Positions 63,435-64,000 of a stretch of DNA of 64,000 nucleotides are shown here, piece after piece. Origin of the DNA: Squalus acanthias (Eukaryota); the NCBI GenBank assembly GCA_030390025.1, contig CM059432.1, positions 70,248,001 through 70,312,000 on the forward strand, given 5' to 3'. Under the pieces are notes generated by a model. That model saw only the letters and a list, made by a program, of their open reading frames with translations. It made no database searches and was not told the origin of the DNA. The stretch's first letter is position 1. Each line of letters begins with the position of its first letter. Made by a program: the position numbers and the translations under genes.

Positions 63435-64000
63435 TACATAGAAATACATAGAATTTACAGCATAGAAACAGTCCATTCGGCCCAACTGGTCTATGCCAGT
63501 GTTTATACTCTACACAAGCCTCCTCCCAACCTACTTAATATAAAACTGTCTATTCCTTTCTCCCTCATGTACCTATCTAGCTTCCCCTTAAAGGCATCTA
63601 TGCTATTCGCCTCAACTACACCATGTGGTAGCAAGTTTCAAATTCTATCCACTCTCTGGGTGAAGAAGTTTCTCCTGAATTCTTTATTGGATTTATTAGT
63701 GACTATCTTATATTTATGGCCCTTAGTTTTGGACTCCCCTACAAGTGGAAACATCTTCTCTACGACTACCCTATCAAGCCCCTTCATAATTTTAAAGACC
63801 TCTATCGGGTCACCACTCAGCCTTCTCTTTTCTAGAGAAAAGAGCACCAGTCTATTCAGTCTTTCTTGTTAGTTATAACCTCTCAGTTCTGGTATCATCT
63901 TTGTAACCCATTTTTGCACCTTCACCATTGCCTCTATATATTTATGTAATATGGAGATCAGAACTGTACACAGTACTCCAAGTGTGGTCTAACCAAGGTT
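63435..64000 (-). mobile_element. CR1 LINE 3' part, running off the window
   Basis: Minus-strand LFSLEKRRLSGDPIEVFKIMKGLDRV...KGHKYKI...RRNFFTQRV, with tail acatagaaatacatagaa. Confidence 0.9.

Overview
Eukaryotic vertebrate DNA, very likely a cartilaginous fish (shark); this is inferred from the repeat families, not from a database match. The only host coding sequence is the terminal exon of XKR4 (XK-related scramblase, 43334-44262, +), so bases 1-43333 are probably its last intron and the AT-rich region after the stop is probably 3' UTR and downstream DNA. The rest is a dense, nested transposon landscape: (1) PIF/Harbinger DNA transposons, both decayed two-gene copies (HARBI1-type transposase plus convergent Myb/SANT gene) and many MITE-like derivatives with short TIRs and 3-bp TSDs; (2) CR1 LINEs, including one near full-length decayed copy and one 5'-truncated copy with an open 711-aa ORF2; (3) a second, divergent LINE family, L2 fragments and SINEs; (4) Penelope-like fragments. 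The most notable structures are a ~1.07-kb near-perfect Penelope palindrome with a 12-bp TSD and a minimal hammerhead ribozyme in each arm, a third hammerhead copy inside an older inverted repeat, and a patchwork of locally templated duplications at 32-37 kb. There is no CRISPR array, rRNA or bona fide tRNA. Family names and boundaries were assigned by eye and from memory and should be confirmed by search.
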